From Squalus acanthias (taxonomy: Eukaryota): a stretch of 64,000 nt of DNA. A model generated the notes under the pieces. It saw nothing but the letters and a program-made list of their open reading frames with translations, ran no database searches and had not been told where the DNA came from. Shown in pieces: positions 47,673 to 61,639 of this stretch (the first letter of the stretch is position 1; every line of letters starts with the position of its first letter). The DNA is taken from assembly GCA_030390025.1 (NCBI GenBank), contig CM059433.1, positions 23,624,001 through 23,688,000 of the forward strand, read 5' to 3'. The position numbers and the translations under genes are program-made.

Positions 47673-50437
47673 AAACATTTATACCACTTAAGCTACTGCT
47701 ACTTTAAGTTGCTGCGGACCTTTAAATCCTGTGTCAGCGAGTCTTTCCTTCTGCCCACACATTTCTCCCATTTGACATGGGATTGCACCACTTGCCTACT
47801 AAGCATTGTGCAGCTTAGCTGACCCCACAAATTTCACCGAATTCCTCAAGGCTCATTAGGCCTTCAGTTTTCATGTTAAGGAAGAATTTCTATAATCTGA
47901 GTGGTGCTCCAGACGCTAAGCGGTTAAAGGGTGGCCTTTCAAAAATAAAATTGTTCTGAGGTGGCTTCTTGTTGTAGAGCCATCCTTCCTTGTTGCCCAG
48001 GTTTCTTTTTTGACCTACAACAGCCAAAACCTGCAAGGGGACTTAAGTCTTCATCATTTTTATCCAAATTAAAAGTTGCCATACTGTAAGGGCAACAGCT
48101 GTCTTTCAAAGCCTAGTGGTTCCCGACACTCCAGCCCTGACCCACATGCATTAACACCAAGACCATATCATCTGCCCTCAGCTGTTACTGTAGGAAAAAA
48201 TAAGCAACTAATGGAAGTATTAGCACAGCACTGTTTTAAAGAGTGAGCGCCAGATTTAGGGGATGCAGTTGCGTCCTCAATATTAAGTTGTCGCCTGCTA
48301 ACAGCCCTCATCCACACCGGTAACAGCCATTAGCTGTTCCCCACTACCAGATCTCAGCCACCCCTTGCTACCAGCCCTCAGGAACTCCAGATGACAGCCA
48401 TTAGCCAAAAATGAACGTATCATACTTACAGTGGACAAGTTTATTTACAGTACCATGAAGTGAAGGTATGTTGGGCCAGATAGGACAGAGGTTAAGAAGG
48501 AGGATAGCAAAGAAAAGAATATGGAAAAAGTAGAATGAAAAATGATACTGAAGGGTATGAATGGGTGTTTATATATGAATATGCAAGCCATTAGAAATAA
48601 AATTGGTGAACAAAAGATACTAATTAGCATCTAGGGATAAGATTTTATACCTTTTACCGGAAGTGGGTTTTGGCCAAGGTGGGACTGAATCATAGAGTAG
48701 TATAGCACAGGAGGAGGTCATTCGGCCCATCGAATCTGTGCCGGCTCTTTCGAAGAGCAATTCAGTTAGTCCCACTCCCCCACTATTTCCACAGCTCCCT
48801 GCAATTTTGTTCCTTCAAGTATTTATCCAATTTCCTTTTGAAGGCTACTATTGAATCTGTATCCACCACCCTATCAGGCATTCCAAATCCTAACCACTCG
48901 TTGTGTAAAAAAGTTATTCCTCATGTTCTTTAGCCAATCACCTTAAATCTCTGCCTTCTGATTATCGACCCTTCAGCCATTGGAAACAGATTCTCTTTAT
49001 TTACTCTATCTAAACCCTTCATGATTTTAAACACCTCTATCAAATCTCCTCTTAGCCTTCTCTGCTCTAAGGAGAACAAGCCCAGCTTCTCTAGTCTATC
49101 CATGTAACTGTTGTAATCCCTTATCCCTGGAACCATTCTAGTAAACCTCTTCTGTACCCTCTCCAAAGCCTTCATGTCCTTCCTAAAGTGTGGTGCCCAG
49201 AATTGGACACAATACTCCAGCTGGGAGAGCTACTAGTATTTTATACAGGTTTAGCATAACTTCCTGGCTTTTGTTCTCTATGCCTCTATAGGTATAAAAA
49301 GCCCAGGATCCCATGTGCTTTATTAACTGATTTGTTAACCTGTCCTGTCACTTTCAAAGATTTGTGCACAAACACCCCCAGCTCTCTCAGTTCTGGCACC
49401 CCCTTTATAATTGTACCATTTAGCATGTATTGTCTCTCCTCATTCTCCCTACCAAAATGTATCACCTCACACTTTTCTGCATGGAATTTCATCTGCCATG
49501 TGACCTCTTGAAGTCTCTTACTATCTTCCTCACTGTTTACTACACTTCCAAGTTTCGTGTCATCTGCAGATTTTGAAATTATGCCCTGTACCCCCAAGTC
49601 CAAGTCTTTAATGTATATTAAAAACGGCAGTGGTCCGAGTATTGAACCTTGGGGAACTCCACTGTATACCTCCTTCCAGTCCAAAATATAGCCATTCACC
49701 ACAACTCTCTGTTTTCTAGCCCTTAGCCAATTTTGGATCCATGCTGCTACTGTCCCTTTTATCCCATGGGCTTTAATTTTTCTAACAAGCCTAATATGTG
49801 GTACTTTATCAAATGCCTTTTGAAAGTCCATATACACAATATTAACTGCACTGCCCTCTCTGTTGCCTCATCAAAAAACTCAGTCAAGTCAGTCAAACAC
49901 GATTTGCTCTTAACAAATCGACGCTGGCTCTCCTTTATTAGTCCATGCTTGTCCAAGTGGCTGTTAATTTTCTCCCGGATTATTGTTTCTAAAAGCTTCC
50001 CCACCACCAACGTTAAACTGACTGGCATGTGATTGCCATGTTTATCCTTCTCCCCTTTTTTGAACAAGGGTGTAACATTTACAATTCTCCAGTCCTCTGG
50101 CATCATCCTAATCTAAGGAGGATTGGAAGATTGTGGCTAGCGCCTCTGCAATTTCTACTCTTACTTCCCTCTGCAACCTAGGATGCACCCCATCCGTACC
50201 AGGTGACTTATCCACTTTAATACCACCAGCCTTTCTAGTACTTCCTCTTTCTTTATTTTTATCTCCTCCAGTAAACCGGCAACCTTCTCGTTTATCATAG
50301 CTTTGGCAAAGTCCTCTTCCTTGGTAAACACCGAAGCAAAGTACTCATTTAGTACCTCAGCCATGCCTTCTGCCTCCACTAATCGATCTCCATTTTGGTC
50401 CCTAATCAGCTCCACTGCTCCTCTGACAAACCTTTTA

Positions 50438-52801
50438 TATCTGAATGCGTGAAGCATTCGCAACAAAATAGATGAATTAATAGCGCAGATAGAAATTAAC
50501 AGGTTTGATCTAATAGCCATTACGGAGACGTGGTTGCAAAGTGGCCATGGTTGGGAACTAAATATTCCAGGATACTTAACTTTTAGAAGAGATAGGCAAA
50601 ATGGAAAAGGAGGAGAGGTAGCCCTGATAATAAAGATGGGATAAAGACAGTAGAGAGAAAGGATCTTAGCTCAGAAAATCAAGAAGTAGAATCAGTTTGT
50701 GTGGAGCTAAGAAACAGCAAGGGGCAGAAAACATTGGTGGGAGTTGTTTATAGGCCCTCAAACAGTAGTTGTAATGTAGGGCAGAGTATAAATCAGGAAA
50801 TTAGAGGTGCATGCAACAAGGGTAATATAGTAATCATGGGGGACTTTAATCTACATGTAGACTGGGCAAACCAAATTTGCAGTAATAGTGTGGAGGACGA
50901 ATTCATGGAATGTATGCAAGATAGTTTTCTAGATCAGTATATTGAGGAACCAACTAGGGAACAGGCTATTTTAGATCTAGTATTGTGCAATGAGAAGGGT
51001 TAATTAATAACCTTGTAGCAAAGGGGCCTTTAGGGAAGAGTGACCATAATATGATAGAATTTTATATTGAGTTTGAAAGTGATTTAGTTAAATCCAAAAC
51101 TAGGGTCTTAAATCTAAACAAAGCAAACCATGTAGGTATGAGGGGCGAGTTGGCTAAGTTAGATTGGGGAACTACATTAAAAGGTATGACAATAGACAAG
51201 CAATGGCTAGCATTTAAAGAATTAATACATAATTTACAACAAATATGCATTCCTTTAAAGCACAAAACCCCACAGAAAAAGTGGTCCAACCGTGGCGAAC
51301 AAGAGAAGTTAAAGATAGTATTAGATCAAAGGAAGAGGCTTATAATGTTGCCAAAAAGAGTAATAAGCCTGAGGATTGGGAGGATTTTAGAATTCAGCAA
51401 AGGAGGACCAAGAAATTGATAAAGAAAGGGAAAATAGAATATGAGAGTAAACTAGCGAGAGACATAAAAACAGATTGCAAAAGCTTCTATAGGTATGTAA
51501 AAAGAAAAAGATTAGCAAAAGTAAATGTGGGTCCCTTACAGGCTGAGACAGGAGAAATTATAATGGGAAATAAGGAAATGGCAGAGAAATTAAACAAATA
51601 CGATGACTGCGATTTTTCCTCTCGATGCGGCTTGGGGGCGGGACAGCTGCCTTCCAGGTTCCAATCCTGCCCCCAATGACGTCCGACGCACAGACGCGAT
51701 TTTGCGTCAATTGGCCTTGTTAAGCCTGCCCTGCGGGCTTGCCGGCCAATTAAGAGAATGCCGGTGTCAGATGACGTCAGTTGATGACGCGTCATCTGCC
51801 GGTTTTCTTAAAGGAGCCATGCACAATTTTATTTGACAGGTGATTTTTCAGTTTTTGACAGCATTGAGGTGCTGCAAACACTGACAATCACTGTACAAAG
51901 GTGAGCCCTTGCACCCAGGCTCTCCAGTGACTCCCTCCTTAGGCTAGAACAGACGGTAGCTGCAGGTGAGGTTGCAGAAGCGATCTGTCACTGGTGAGAG
52001 AGGTTCTCCCAATGAGGTGGGACTACACAAACAATTCAAAACTTGTCACCTACAGAAAAGTCTAAATACATTAAAAATGATTTTCCCAACATTTTCTTAC
52101 CTCTGAAACTCACCAGTGTACCATTGGATCCTTCACACCACTTCTGCAGCTGTCATCAATGCATAAACATTACAGTAGACCCACAGCACGCCACACTTAC
52201 CTGGCGTCGTGTCCAGATGTCAGGAAGCTCGCAGTAGACCTGTCAAAATTGTAAAAAGCCTCTTAACTGCCTGTTAACAACCTATTAACCTGTCTCCATA
52301 ACTAAGGAAGGATATACTTGCCATAGAGGGAGTGCAACAAAGGTTCACCAGACTGATTCCTGGGATGGGGAGATTGTCCTCTGAAGAGAGATTGAGTAAA
52401 TTAGGCCTATACTCTCTAGAGTTTAGAAGAATGAGAGGTGCTCTCATTGAAACATACAAAATTCTTACAGGGTAGATGCAGGGAGGATGTTTCCCCTGGC
52501 TGGGGCGTCTAGAACCAGGGGTCACAGTCTCAGAATAGGACTGAGATGAGGAGAAATTTCTTCACTCAGAGGGAGGTGAATCTTTGGAATTCTCTACCCC
52601 AGAGGGCTGTGGAGGCTCAGTCTTTGAGTATATTCAGGACAGAGATCGATAGATTTTTGGATATTAAGGGAATCAAGGGATATGGGGATAGTGCAGGAAA
52701 GTGGAGTTGAGGTAGAAAATCAGCCATGATATAATTGAATGGCAGAGCAGGCTCAATGGACCGAATGGCCTACTCCTGCTTCTATTTCTTATGTTCTTAT
52801 G
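50438..52801 (+). mobile_element. CR1 LINE with APE endonuclease domain; RT core deleted
   Basis: YLNA.SIRNKIDEL, AITETWL, GVVYRP, IMGDFN, PTREQAILDLVL and SDH motifs, with 3' UTR and tail. TTTTA duplicated at 50433-50437 and 52802-52806. Confidence 0.92.
51604..52288. mobile_element. Partial copy of the 12849-14324 TIR element
   Basis: Collinear high similarity, lacking the Penelope insert and the right end. Confidence 0.88.
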
Positions 52802-53179
52802 TTTTACTGTTAATATGCCTATAGAAGACCTTTGGATTCCCTTTTATGTTAGCCGTCAATCTATTCCCGTATTGTCTCTTTGCCCCTCTTATTTCCTTTT
52901 TCACCTCCTCTGTACTTTTTATATTCAGCCTGATTCTCCCTTGTATTATCAAGCTGACATCTGTCATATGCCCCCTTTTCTGCTTCATCCTGCTCTCTAT
53001 CTCTTGCACCATCCAGGGAGCTCTGGCTTTGGTTGCCCTTCCTTCCCCCTTGTGGGAATGTACCTGGACTGGGAGCTAAATATTCCTGGCTATAATTAGG
53101 GTCAAATTGAAAATAGACAAAGAAAAAGAGGAGTCAAAGATAAAGGTGTTGGATTGGAAATTAACTCATGTAAGTAAGC

Positions 53180-53420
53180 CGTCAGCTGCCGAGGCCCTAA
53201 GCTCTGGAATTCCCTCTTTAAACCTCTCCGCCTCTCTACCTCTCTCTCCTCCTTTAAAATGCTCCTTAAAACCTACCTCTTTGACCAAGCTTTTGATCAT
53301 CTGCCCTAACATCTCCTTATGTGGCTCCATGTCAAAGTTTGTTGGATACCGCTCCTGTGAAGCGCCCTGGGACGTTTTACTAAATTAAAGGCGCTCTATA
53401 AATGCAAGTTGTTGTTGTTG
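53180..53420 (+). mobile_element. L2 LINE 3' end
   Basis: Closely matches 9770-10010. Confidence 0.88.
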
Positions 53421-55489
53421 AAAGAGGACCAAGCCCCAAAAGAAGGCAGATTAAATGCTGGACCAGCAGGTGGGAGATGTTATGGTATGATATTAGATAA
53501 CAAACACGTTACGTACACTTCAGCTGGCATTCAAAGAGATACATCAAACACTGGATTGATGACTTTTTTCCACTTCTCAACTAGTTAAGCAGCTTGTTCA
53601 GTAGATTGAGAGGTGTCAAGCCAGCATTATGATAGGCGTACTCTGCTTGGCTACTTACTGCCTGGTACCTTTCAAAAAAAGATTGTGAACAATTAGCATA
53701 ACAGGAGGAAACACAGCAGAAAAAAATACTTCCACTGTTGGAAGTCACTCGCACCCCCATTTTGGATATCAAATATAAATTTATATTAGGGAGAAAAATA
53801 TCGGCTAACATTAAAGTTTGCTTCCTATGGAAAACACATTTCCTTTGTTTCCTTTATTGGATAGTGATACAAGAGTACGTAACAGTAAGAGTAAATTCTA
53901 AGGACAAGATTGATTTAAACACTAATAATGAAGAGTCACAGACCTGAGACAGTGGCCCCGATTTTGCCGGCGCTCAGAGGGCGGGTTTGGAGGCGGGTCA
54001 AAGGGTAAAATCGTTTTGATTGACGGTGGGTTGCGATCCGGAAACCACCTGACCCGCACCCAACCCACCTCCGTTGATAAAATCGCGGCCATTAACTCTG
54101 TTTCTCTCTCCACAGGTGCTGCCTGACCTGCTGAGCGTTTGCAGCATTTTCTGTTGTTATTATTGATCTAAACAGTCTTGCAGAAGAGTTTCAAACTGAC
54201 CTTTCCCCTGCTGCCAAAATCAGTGAGATAAGGAAAGAGTTATACAAAGGAGAAAAACTCATTGTAACCGGAATAAAAAGAAAAAAAAAAAAATTCATGT
54301 TTGCCTGTTGGTTTGCTGAGAGGGTAAAAGCCCGTGGTCTTCTCACAATCGAGCACAATATCCTACAAAGGCCTAGGAGATAATGCTCAGCTCTGAATTG
54401 AATTTTGCACATCTATTTGGGAGTGAGTTCCACGGGGAGGGACGGTGTTGTGTGGAGCACTGCCATAGGTATTCTGCACAAACATTGTCGACTCTCCCAG
54501 AATGTTGAGATGTAGCTATAGCTGCTCTCTTGCTCCTGGCAAAAACATAGAGGCTTGGATTAGTTCCTAACTATGTAGCCTCTGTTTGATAGTTAAGCAG
54601 AGATCTTGCAATGCTGTTTGGATCAAGGATTTGTGATGCTATATAACCTTTATCCAGGTATTTATAAAACCTGGTGTTTGCGTTTGATGGGGAATAAGCT
54701 CATGTATGGAATTTGTTAATAATCCGTTTAAATCATACACAGATTTGATATTGTTGGGGTTTAGCTTATGTATAGAAAGTACTAATGAAAACCTTAGCTA
54801 AACACTTTTGCTTTGCGACTATACAGGATGGAGATTAATTCAAAACTGCAGTTAGTTTTACTGCATTGGTTCAATTTTAACTTTAAAAAAAGGGTTTTAT
54901 ACAGCTGGGAATTACATACGTCCAACCTGTGTACAAAGGGGGTGATTTCTGTCTGACTACCGTCCCATTTACACCTAAAGTAGGGCAGTAACAGGACCAA
55001 AATCACGCGGGGGATTCAGCACGACTTACCGCTGGAGGTTTGGCCATTCCGATCTCAATTTAGAACGGCCAGCGCTCCTGCCATAAACAGCCGGGGGGCT
55101 TCACTAGTATATGCAAATCGGGGTCAAATGATGCAGTTGAGACCCGATACCATTTTCGCTATTATCCGTGACGCTACCGCCAGTTCCTCAACTTGCCCAT
55201 ATCTTATGGGCGTGCAGGTTGGGAGGCAGCCATTCCCAGCGATATTTAAAGGGACACTCACTAGCTCTCAGGTAAAATGCTGGCAGGGTTTTGGAGAGAT
55301 TTTTCTTTTATTACATTGTGTTTTTTGCCATCCAGCAGCATTGATTACATTGTTTGTTCCGGAGTTTCCGCAGTTCTTTTGCCAAAGAGAACTCCAGCGG
55401 AAATTCACCCCCATTATCTATACCGTGGTGGAGGGGGGCGTTGATGTTTGCACTGGTGCTCGGAAGGATAAGAGTGAGTGACACTGTAT

Positions 55490-55760
55490 CGTTGAGAGGG
55501 TTCTCCCCGTCAGTCTCTGTGGTTTTTTTACACAAAGGTTGGTAGAAATCTGGAATTCTCTGCCCCAAAAAGGCTGTGGATGCTGGGACAATTGTAGCTT
55601 TCAGGACTGTGATCGATACATTTTTTGTTAGGTAAGGATAGCAAGGGATATGGAGCTAAGACGGGTAAATGGATTTGAGGTACAGATCACCCATGATCTA
55701 ATTGAATGGCAGAGTATGCTCGTGTGGGCTGAATGGCCGCCTCTTGTTCCTAATGTTCCT
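55490..55760 (+). mobile_element. CR1 3' end fragment
   Basis: tctggaattctctgccccaaaaggctgtgg...agatcacccatgatctaattgaatggc. Confidence 0.8.
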
Positions 55761-55866
55761 GTGCTGCTGCACCTGAGTACTCTGAAGGACTTAGAAAAAG
55801 GAGAGAGGGACTATGGCAAGAGTTGGCAGTAGCAGATGAGTGGTAGCACAATGTAGCGCCAGGTTG

Positions 55867-56400
55867 TCATGTCTGAGTGTGTGTGAGTGAAAGAGTTAAG
55901 CAGAAAGAGAAAATGCCCAAACACCCTATTCTATCTGGCCTCCATTCTTGGCCATCTCCAGTGCTGCCAATGATGTCAAAGGCCACCTCCTCCATTGGTG
56001 TCAGAGTTTGCCGTGTAGGGGGAGGAAGTAGTTGTGAGGGCAGTAGCAGGTCATGAGTGTGCGAGTGCAAGCAGAAGGAGATGTAGTGAAGTGTCCTGTT
56101 GTGATTGGAGGAAAGGCATGAGAAGTAGGGGAGGGAGGGATTGCTAATGCTGGGACTAATGTGGGGCTGTACAGAGAGTAGAAGAGATGTGATGGGGAGA
56201 CTTGCCTTGGAAGTCCTGGTATGGTCTTTGAATTTCTTCCTGCACTGCAGCCAGGTCACTGGAACAATGCTCCTGGGACTGACCTGCTCAGCCACTCCAT
56301 TGCTGCTGGCTAATTGGAGGGAAAGAGGGCCGCCTTCCTGTTACTCACTTGCTCTACGACACCTCCATCAGAGAATTGGGGGGTCCTACATGACATCATG
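55867..56400 (-). pseudogene. Harbinger Myb/SANT gene fragment
   Basis: VAEQVSPRSIVPVTWLQCRKKFKDHTR followed by an intron-like pyrimidine tract. Confidence 0.7.
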
Positions 56401-56589
56401 TTGCCTGCTGCTTCAATAACCTGGTCTCCAAGGGGCTGCAGGCTATATTCAAACAGCAGCCACCGCACTGTCCTACCAATCAATGAGCTGCCCATAAGCA
56501 GGGCAATTAGTGCTGGCAGCTCACCTAGTCAATATAAGTAAAATTAATCGGGCCTCCTACCAACTGCATCAGGTGGGCAGAGCAGACAC

Positions 56590-58785
56590 TTTTTTCTTAT
56601 TTGTTTATGGGATGTGGGCATCGCTGACAAGGCCAGCATTTATTGCCCATCCCTAATTGCCCTTGTGAAGGTGGTAGTGAGCCACCTTCTTGAACCGCTG
56701 CAGTCCGTGCGGTGAAGGTACTCCCACAGTGCTGTTAGGGAGGGAGTGCCAGGATTTTGACCCAGTGACAATGAAGGAACGGCGATATATTTCCAAGTCA
56801 GGATGGTGTCTGACATGAGGGGAATCTGCAGGTGATGGTGTTCCCATGCGCCTGCTGCCCTTGTCCTTCTAGGTGGTCGAGGTCGCAGGTTTGGGAGGTG
56901 CTGTCGAAGAAGGCTTGGCGAGTTACTGCAGTGCATCTTATAGACGGTGCACACAGCAGCCACGGTACGCCGGTGGTGGAGGGATTGAATGTTTAAGGTG
57001 GTGGATGGGGTGCTGATCAAGTGGGCTGCTTTGTCCTGGATGGTGTCGAGCTTCTTGACTGTTGTTGGAGCAGCACTCATCCAGGCAAGTGGAGAGTATT
57101 CCATCACACTCCTAACTTATGCCTTGTAGATGGTGGAAAGGCTTTGGGGAGTCAGGAGGTGAGACACTCGCCACAGAATACCCAGTCTCTGACCTGCTCT
57201 TGTTGCCACAGTATTTATGTGGCTGGTCCAGTTAAGTTTCTGGTCAATGGTTACCCCGAGGATGTTGATGGTGGAGGATTTGGCAATAGTAATGCCGTTG
57301 AATGTCAAGGTGCGGTGGTTAGACTCTCGCTTGTTGGAGATAGTCATTGCCTGGCATTTGTGTGGCGTGAATGTTACTTGCCACTTATCAGCACAAGCCT
57401 GAATGGCGTCCAAGGCTTATTGCATGTGGGCATGGACAGCTTCATTATCTGTGGAGTTGTGAATGGTGCTGAACACTGTGCAATCATCAGCGAACATCCC
57501 CACTTCTGACCTTATGATGGAGGGAAGGTCATTTATGAAGCAGCTGAAGATGGTTGTGCCTAGGACACTGCCCTGAGGAACTCCTGTAGCGATGTCCTGG
57601 GGCTGAGATGATTGGCCTTCAACAACCACAACCATCTTCCTTTGTGCTAGGTATGACTCCAGCCATTGGAGAGTTTACCCCGACTCCCATTGACTTCAAT
57701 TTTACTAGGGCTTCTTGATGCCACACTCGGTCAAATGCTGCCTTGATGTCAAGGGCAGTCACTCTCACCTTACCTCTGGAATTCAGCTCTTTTGTCCATG
57801 TTTGGACCAAGTCTGCAATGAGATCTAGAGCTGAATGGTCCTGGCAGAACCCAAACTGAGCATTGGTGAGTAAGTGCCACTTGATAGCACTGTCGGCGAC
57901 ACCTTCCATCACTTTGCTGATGATTGAGAGTAGACTGATGGGGTGGTAATTGGTTGGATTGGATTTGTCCTGCTTTTTGTGGACAGGACATATCTGGGCA
58001 GTTTTCTACATTGTTGGGTAGATGTCAATGTTGTAGCTGTGCTGGAACAGCTTGGCTAGAGGTGCAGCTAGTTCTGGAGCACATGTCTTCAGCACGACAG
58101 CCGGGATGTTGTGGGGGCCCATAGCCTTTGCTGTATCCAGTGCTCTCAGCCATTTCTTGATATCACGTGGAGTGAATTGAATTGGCTGAAGACTGGCTTC
58201 TGTAATGGTGGGGACCTCAGGAGTAGGATGATATGGATCACCCACTCGGCACTTCTGGCTGAGGATGGTTGCAAACGCTTCAGCCTTGTCTTTTGCACTC
58301 GAGTGCTGGGCTCCGTCATCATTCGGGATGAGGATATTTATGGAGCCTCCTTCTCCCATTAGTTGTTTAATTGTCCACCACCATTCACGACTGGATGTAG
58401 CAGGACTGCAGAGCTTTGATCCGATCTGTTGATTGTGGGATCGCTTAGCTCTATCTATAGCATGCTGCTTCCGTTGTTTAACATGCATATAGTCCAGGTT
58501 GGCACCTCATTTTTAGGTACGCCTAGTGCATGGTATGCTCTTCTGCACTCCTAATTAAACCAGGGTTGGTCCCCTGGCTTGATGGTAATGGTAGAGTGGG
58601 GGATATGCCAGGCTACAGATTGTGTTGGAATACAATTCTGCTCCTGCTGATGGCCCACAGCGCCTCATGGATGCCCAGTTTTGAGCTGTTCAATCTATTC
58701 TGAATCTATCCCATTTAGCATGGTGGTCGTGCTACACAAGACGATGGAGGGTGTCCTCAGTGTGAAGATAGGACTTCATCTCCTG
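56590..58785 (-). mobile_element. Non-LTR retrotransposon of the CR1/L2 group (distinct family), degraded
   Basis: KAMGPHNIP, ALDIKAAFDRVWH, GVPQGSVLG, MFADD and MEYSPLAW motifs. Tail agggatgggcaataaatgctggcc. A short further piece lies at ~15850-15945. Confidence 0.92.
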
Positions 58786-58920
58786 CCTGATATATGCCAG
58801 AAAGGCGAATCACCCCCAAAGAGTCAATGTAACTCTGAGGGGTGTATGTAAAGGAATTGGAAATTCCTCTCATACATCTGGAGTACGCCATTCCTAAATT
58901 GCACATCAATTTGTTTAACT

Positions 58921-59020
58921 ATAAATAAAAACAGAGAATGCTGGAAACACTCAGCAAGTCAGGCAGCATCTGTGGAGAGAGAAACAGAGTTAACGTTTCA
59001 GGTCGATGACCTTTCGTCAT
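58921..59020 (-). mobile_element. Penelope-like pLTR fragment with truncated hammerhead core
   Basis: Minus strand TGACGA-A-AGGTC-atc-GACCT-GAAACGTTAAC. Confidence 0.75.
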
Positions 59021-61639
59021 GACTATACTAGTGTCTTCCAGCGGTCAGTGCTGCTGACCTCCGTTATCCACAGTGATTCTTTCTAGGAATGATCCTACAT
59101 GATATTCATGTCTGAGTGCACACATCTTCCTTAGTGATTTCACCCATCCACTTTAATCAGATATGTAAGAAGTATAATTCATTGGTTTAGTCAGCAGGAT
59201 GATTCAGAAGAGGACCTAACAATAAAAAAAAAAGTGATCACCAGTTACTGCTTATTATACACACTGCAGAAACCAGGATTGCAAGTAGAAAAAAAATCAT
59301 CAGTCGGGAACAGCAATAGGCATTAATTGGAGAACGTGAAGTAAAGAACTAGAAGCAAAAAATAATATCCACAGAAAAGTTTGCGGCTATTTTTTGCAGC
59401 TTCTTCTGCCTACAGAAATAGTAATGTGGAAGCACCGGCCCGTGTAAGTGCCTCTTTACATCTCACTGCTACTGAAGGTTTATTTCCCAGTTGCTTGGTA
59501 ACAACATTTGATCTACTCTGAGTCAAATAAGTGGCAAAAATGACAAGAGGACTGGGCATCCTAAAGAAAGCCCAGCACTATTAAAGACCAGCAACAAATT
59601 TAGTGTTCTGCGAGCATAAGTGGAAGGTCTTCCTGGGTTGGTGAGAGAGGAGCACCCGTGACTCAGGGATTAGTAGGAAAATTACTGGATAGATTCATTA
59701 ATTAAACTAACCTAGGGGCCAATTTGGTTAACTGTGGTAATTGGGTGGATGGACGAGCGGCGTTGCAATCGCATCACCACCCTGATCGCAGCAGTAAGAG
59801 CCCGAGTCAGCTTGATGTTTTGGCCTCATTAGCATATCCGGGCAGCGAGTGCCAAGCGGGCTCTCTGAAGCGCCTCGTCAGTCAGGGAGAGCAGGACATT
59901 GGCCTGCTCCTATGCTGAGCAAGCCGATGGTACGGACTGGGAAGGGGAGGGATCCCGAGGGGGCCGCGCAGGGGCCGGCCGCGGGCCAGAGTATTTCTCT
60001 GGGACCAGAAGGAGCAGACGGGCAGACTGTAGAATTTGTCTTCAGTCTTCAATGGTGAAGACTGACATGAAGAATTCAATTAACTATTATGAAAAGACAG
60101 AACATAGCTAGACCAAGTCCACAGTGGCTCAACAAAAGAGGTGAGAAATAAACTAGCAATCAAGGAGAAATATTTTACAAGCTACAAGAAAACCAAAAGG
60201 CATTCTAGGATTTAAGGAAAATGTGGAGTAGAAGCGTTATAAGGAAATCGAAAAGTAGCTTACATGAATTCTTCATGTCAGTCTTCACAATTGAAGACTG
60301 TAGACAAGTTGCAGAACCATCCATTATGAGGTAAGTTTACCGAGACTCCAAGCCACCAGTGAGGCCTCACACACAGTCGGCAGCTCCGCAAGATCATGGG
60401 TGCATTGATTTCAGTGGACGGAAAATCGTGGCCGGTGCTTCTGTGATTTTCCGATAAACCACTTGCTGCCAGTGGCGCTGGATCCCAGGAAGATTTGTCT
60501 CAGAGCTCAGGGATCTATAGTATAACCCCAAAAAAACAGCAGTATCAGCAGGGGTCTACCAGAACAGCCGTAAACTAGGTCAGACGGGACTTTCCCCCAA
60601 GAGTTTCCTCTCTGGCCAGTTGGGGGCAAGGCCTCTGCCCTCCTCTCCTGGCCATTGTCCTAAAGGGAGGGGGGGGCACAAGAAAAGGCGGGGTGAGTGC
60701 TCCCTACATTGGGACTTCATGCGCTATGGGCCAGTGCTGGGACTTGGTGTATGGTTGGCAGAGGTACGCATGGTTAAACACTGAGGTCCTGGCCAAGATT
60801 GAGGCCTGGTCCCTCAAAGCAGATCAGAATATTAAAGAAAATCTTAAGTGGCCCCCCACCCCACAAAGGCAGCTAAAGAATGGTTCAGACCCTTCCCCTT
60901 CCCCCAGCAAGCAATCTTTGGCCGGACCTGCTGGCTTCTTTGGTGGATGGACGTCCAGTGGTAGTGCAGGCATTGGCCATGCAGCCCATGCAAAACAAGG
61001 GATCACCCCTGACCCCAGAAAGTCTGTTTGGCATCAGCAGTGATAATCCCAGGTAGAGCATTCGGACTCATGCCAGGATGTGACACATCACGTCTCCCCC
61101 AAGGATATTTGGGACTTATGTATGGAGGGCTGGAGAATAATTGGCCTATAGGTTTGGCTGCGCAGCACCTGTTTTTTTTGGATTCTAACCGGCCTACTAA
61201 GCCCCCAATATGGCGGGTAGGAAGTGTGATCGGAGGCCAGGGATGGGGATCGGAGTCCAGTTGCTGGGAGATAGGAGGCCAGGGAGGGTGATCGGAGGCT
61301 GGGTAGTGGGATCAGAGGCCAGGGTGGGGCGATCACATGTCGGGGGCCATGAGATGGGTGGCTGGGGAGGGGAATCAGAGACGGGGGAGGGGGATCAGAG
61401 GCCAGGGAGGGGGATCACTTACCTGAGGGTCGCTGTCACTAGCAGTGACCTGATCTTCATTTACTCATTACCGATGGGCTGCTGACACCACTCGGCTTGA
61501 CGTTAATGATGCCCGAGGCCCAATATCGCAGGAGCCTCGGGCCTCACCAGTCAGGTGCAGGGATTGTACCCTGTACCCCCCCCCCGCACGCCCATAATTA
61601 GGTGCGCTCGAATTTCTGCCCATGAAATTAACCTAATTT

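Larger units (their letters stand above)
48688..53065 (-). mobile_element. CR1 LINE (48688-50437 + 52802-53065), inserted in an older + strand CR1 endonuclease fragment
   Basis: RT motifs on the minus strand (YMDFQKAFDKVPH, GVPQGSILGP). GGACTG duplicated at 48682-48687 and 53066-53071. Confidence 0.9.

Noticed and set aside
53659..54290. Two 10-nt microexon-like segments on the minus strand (GTACCAGGCA at 53659-53668; CAGGGGAAAG near 54200)
   Set aside because: Splice-like signals are common in AT-rich DNA and cannot be supported without transcript data.
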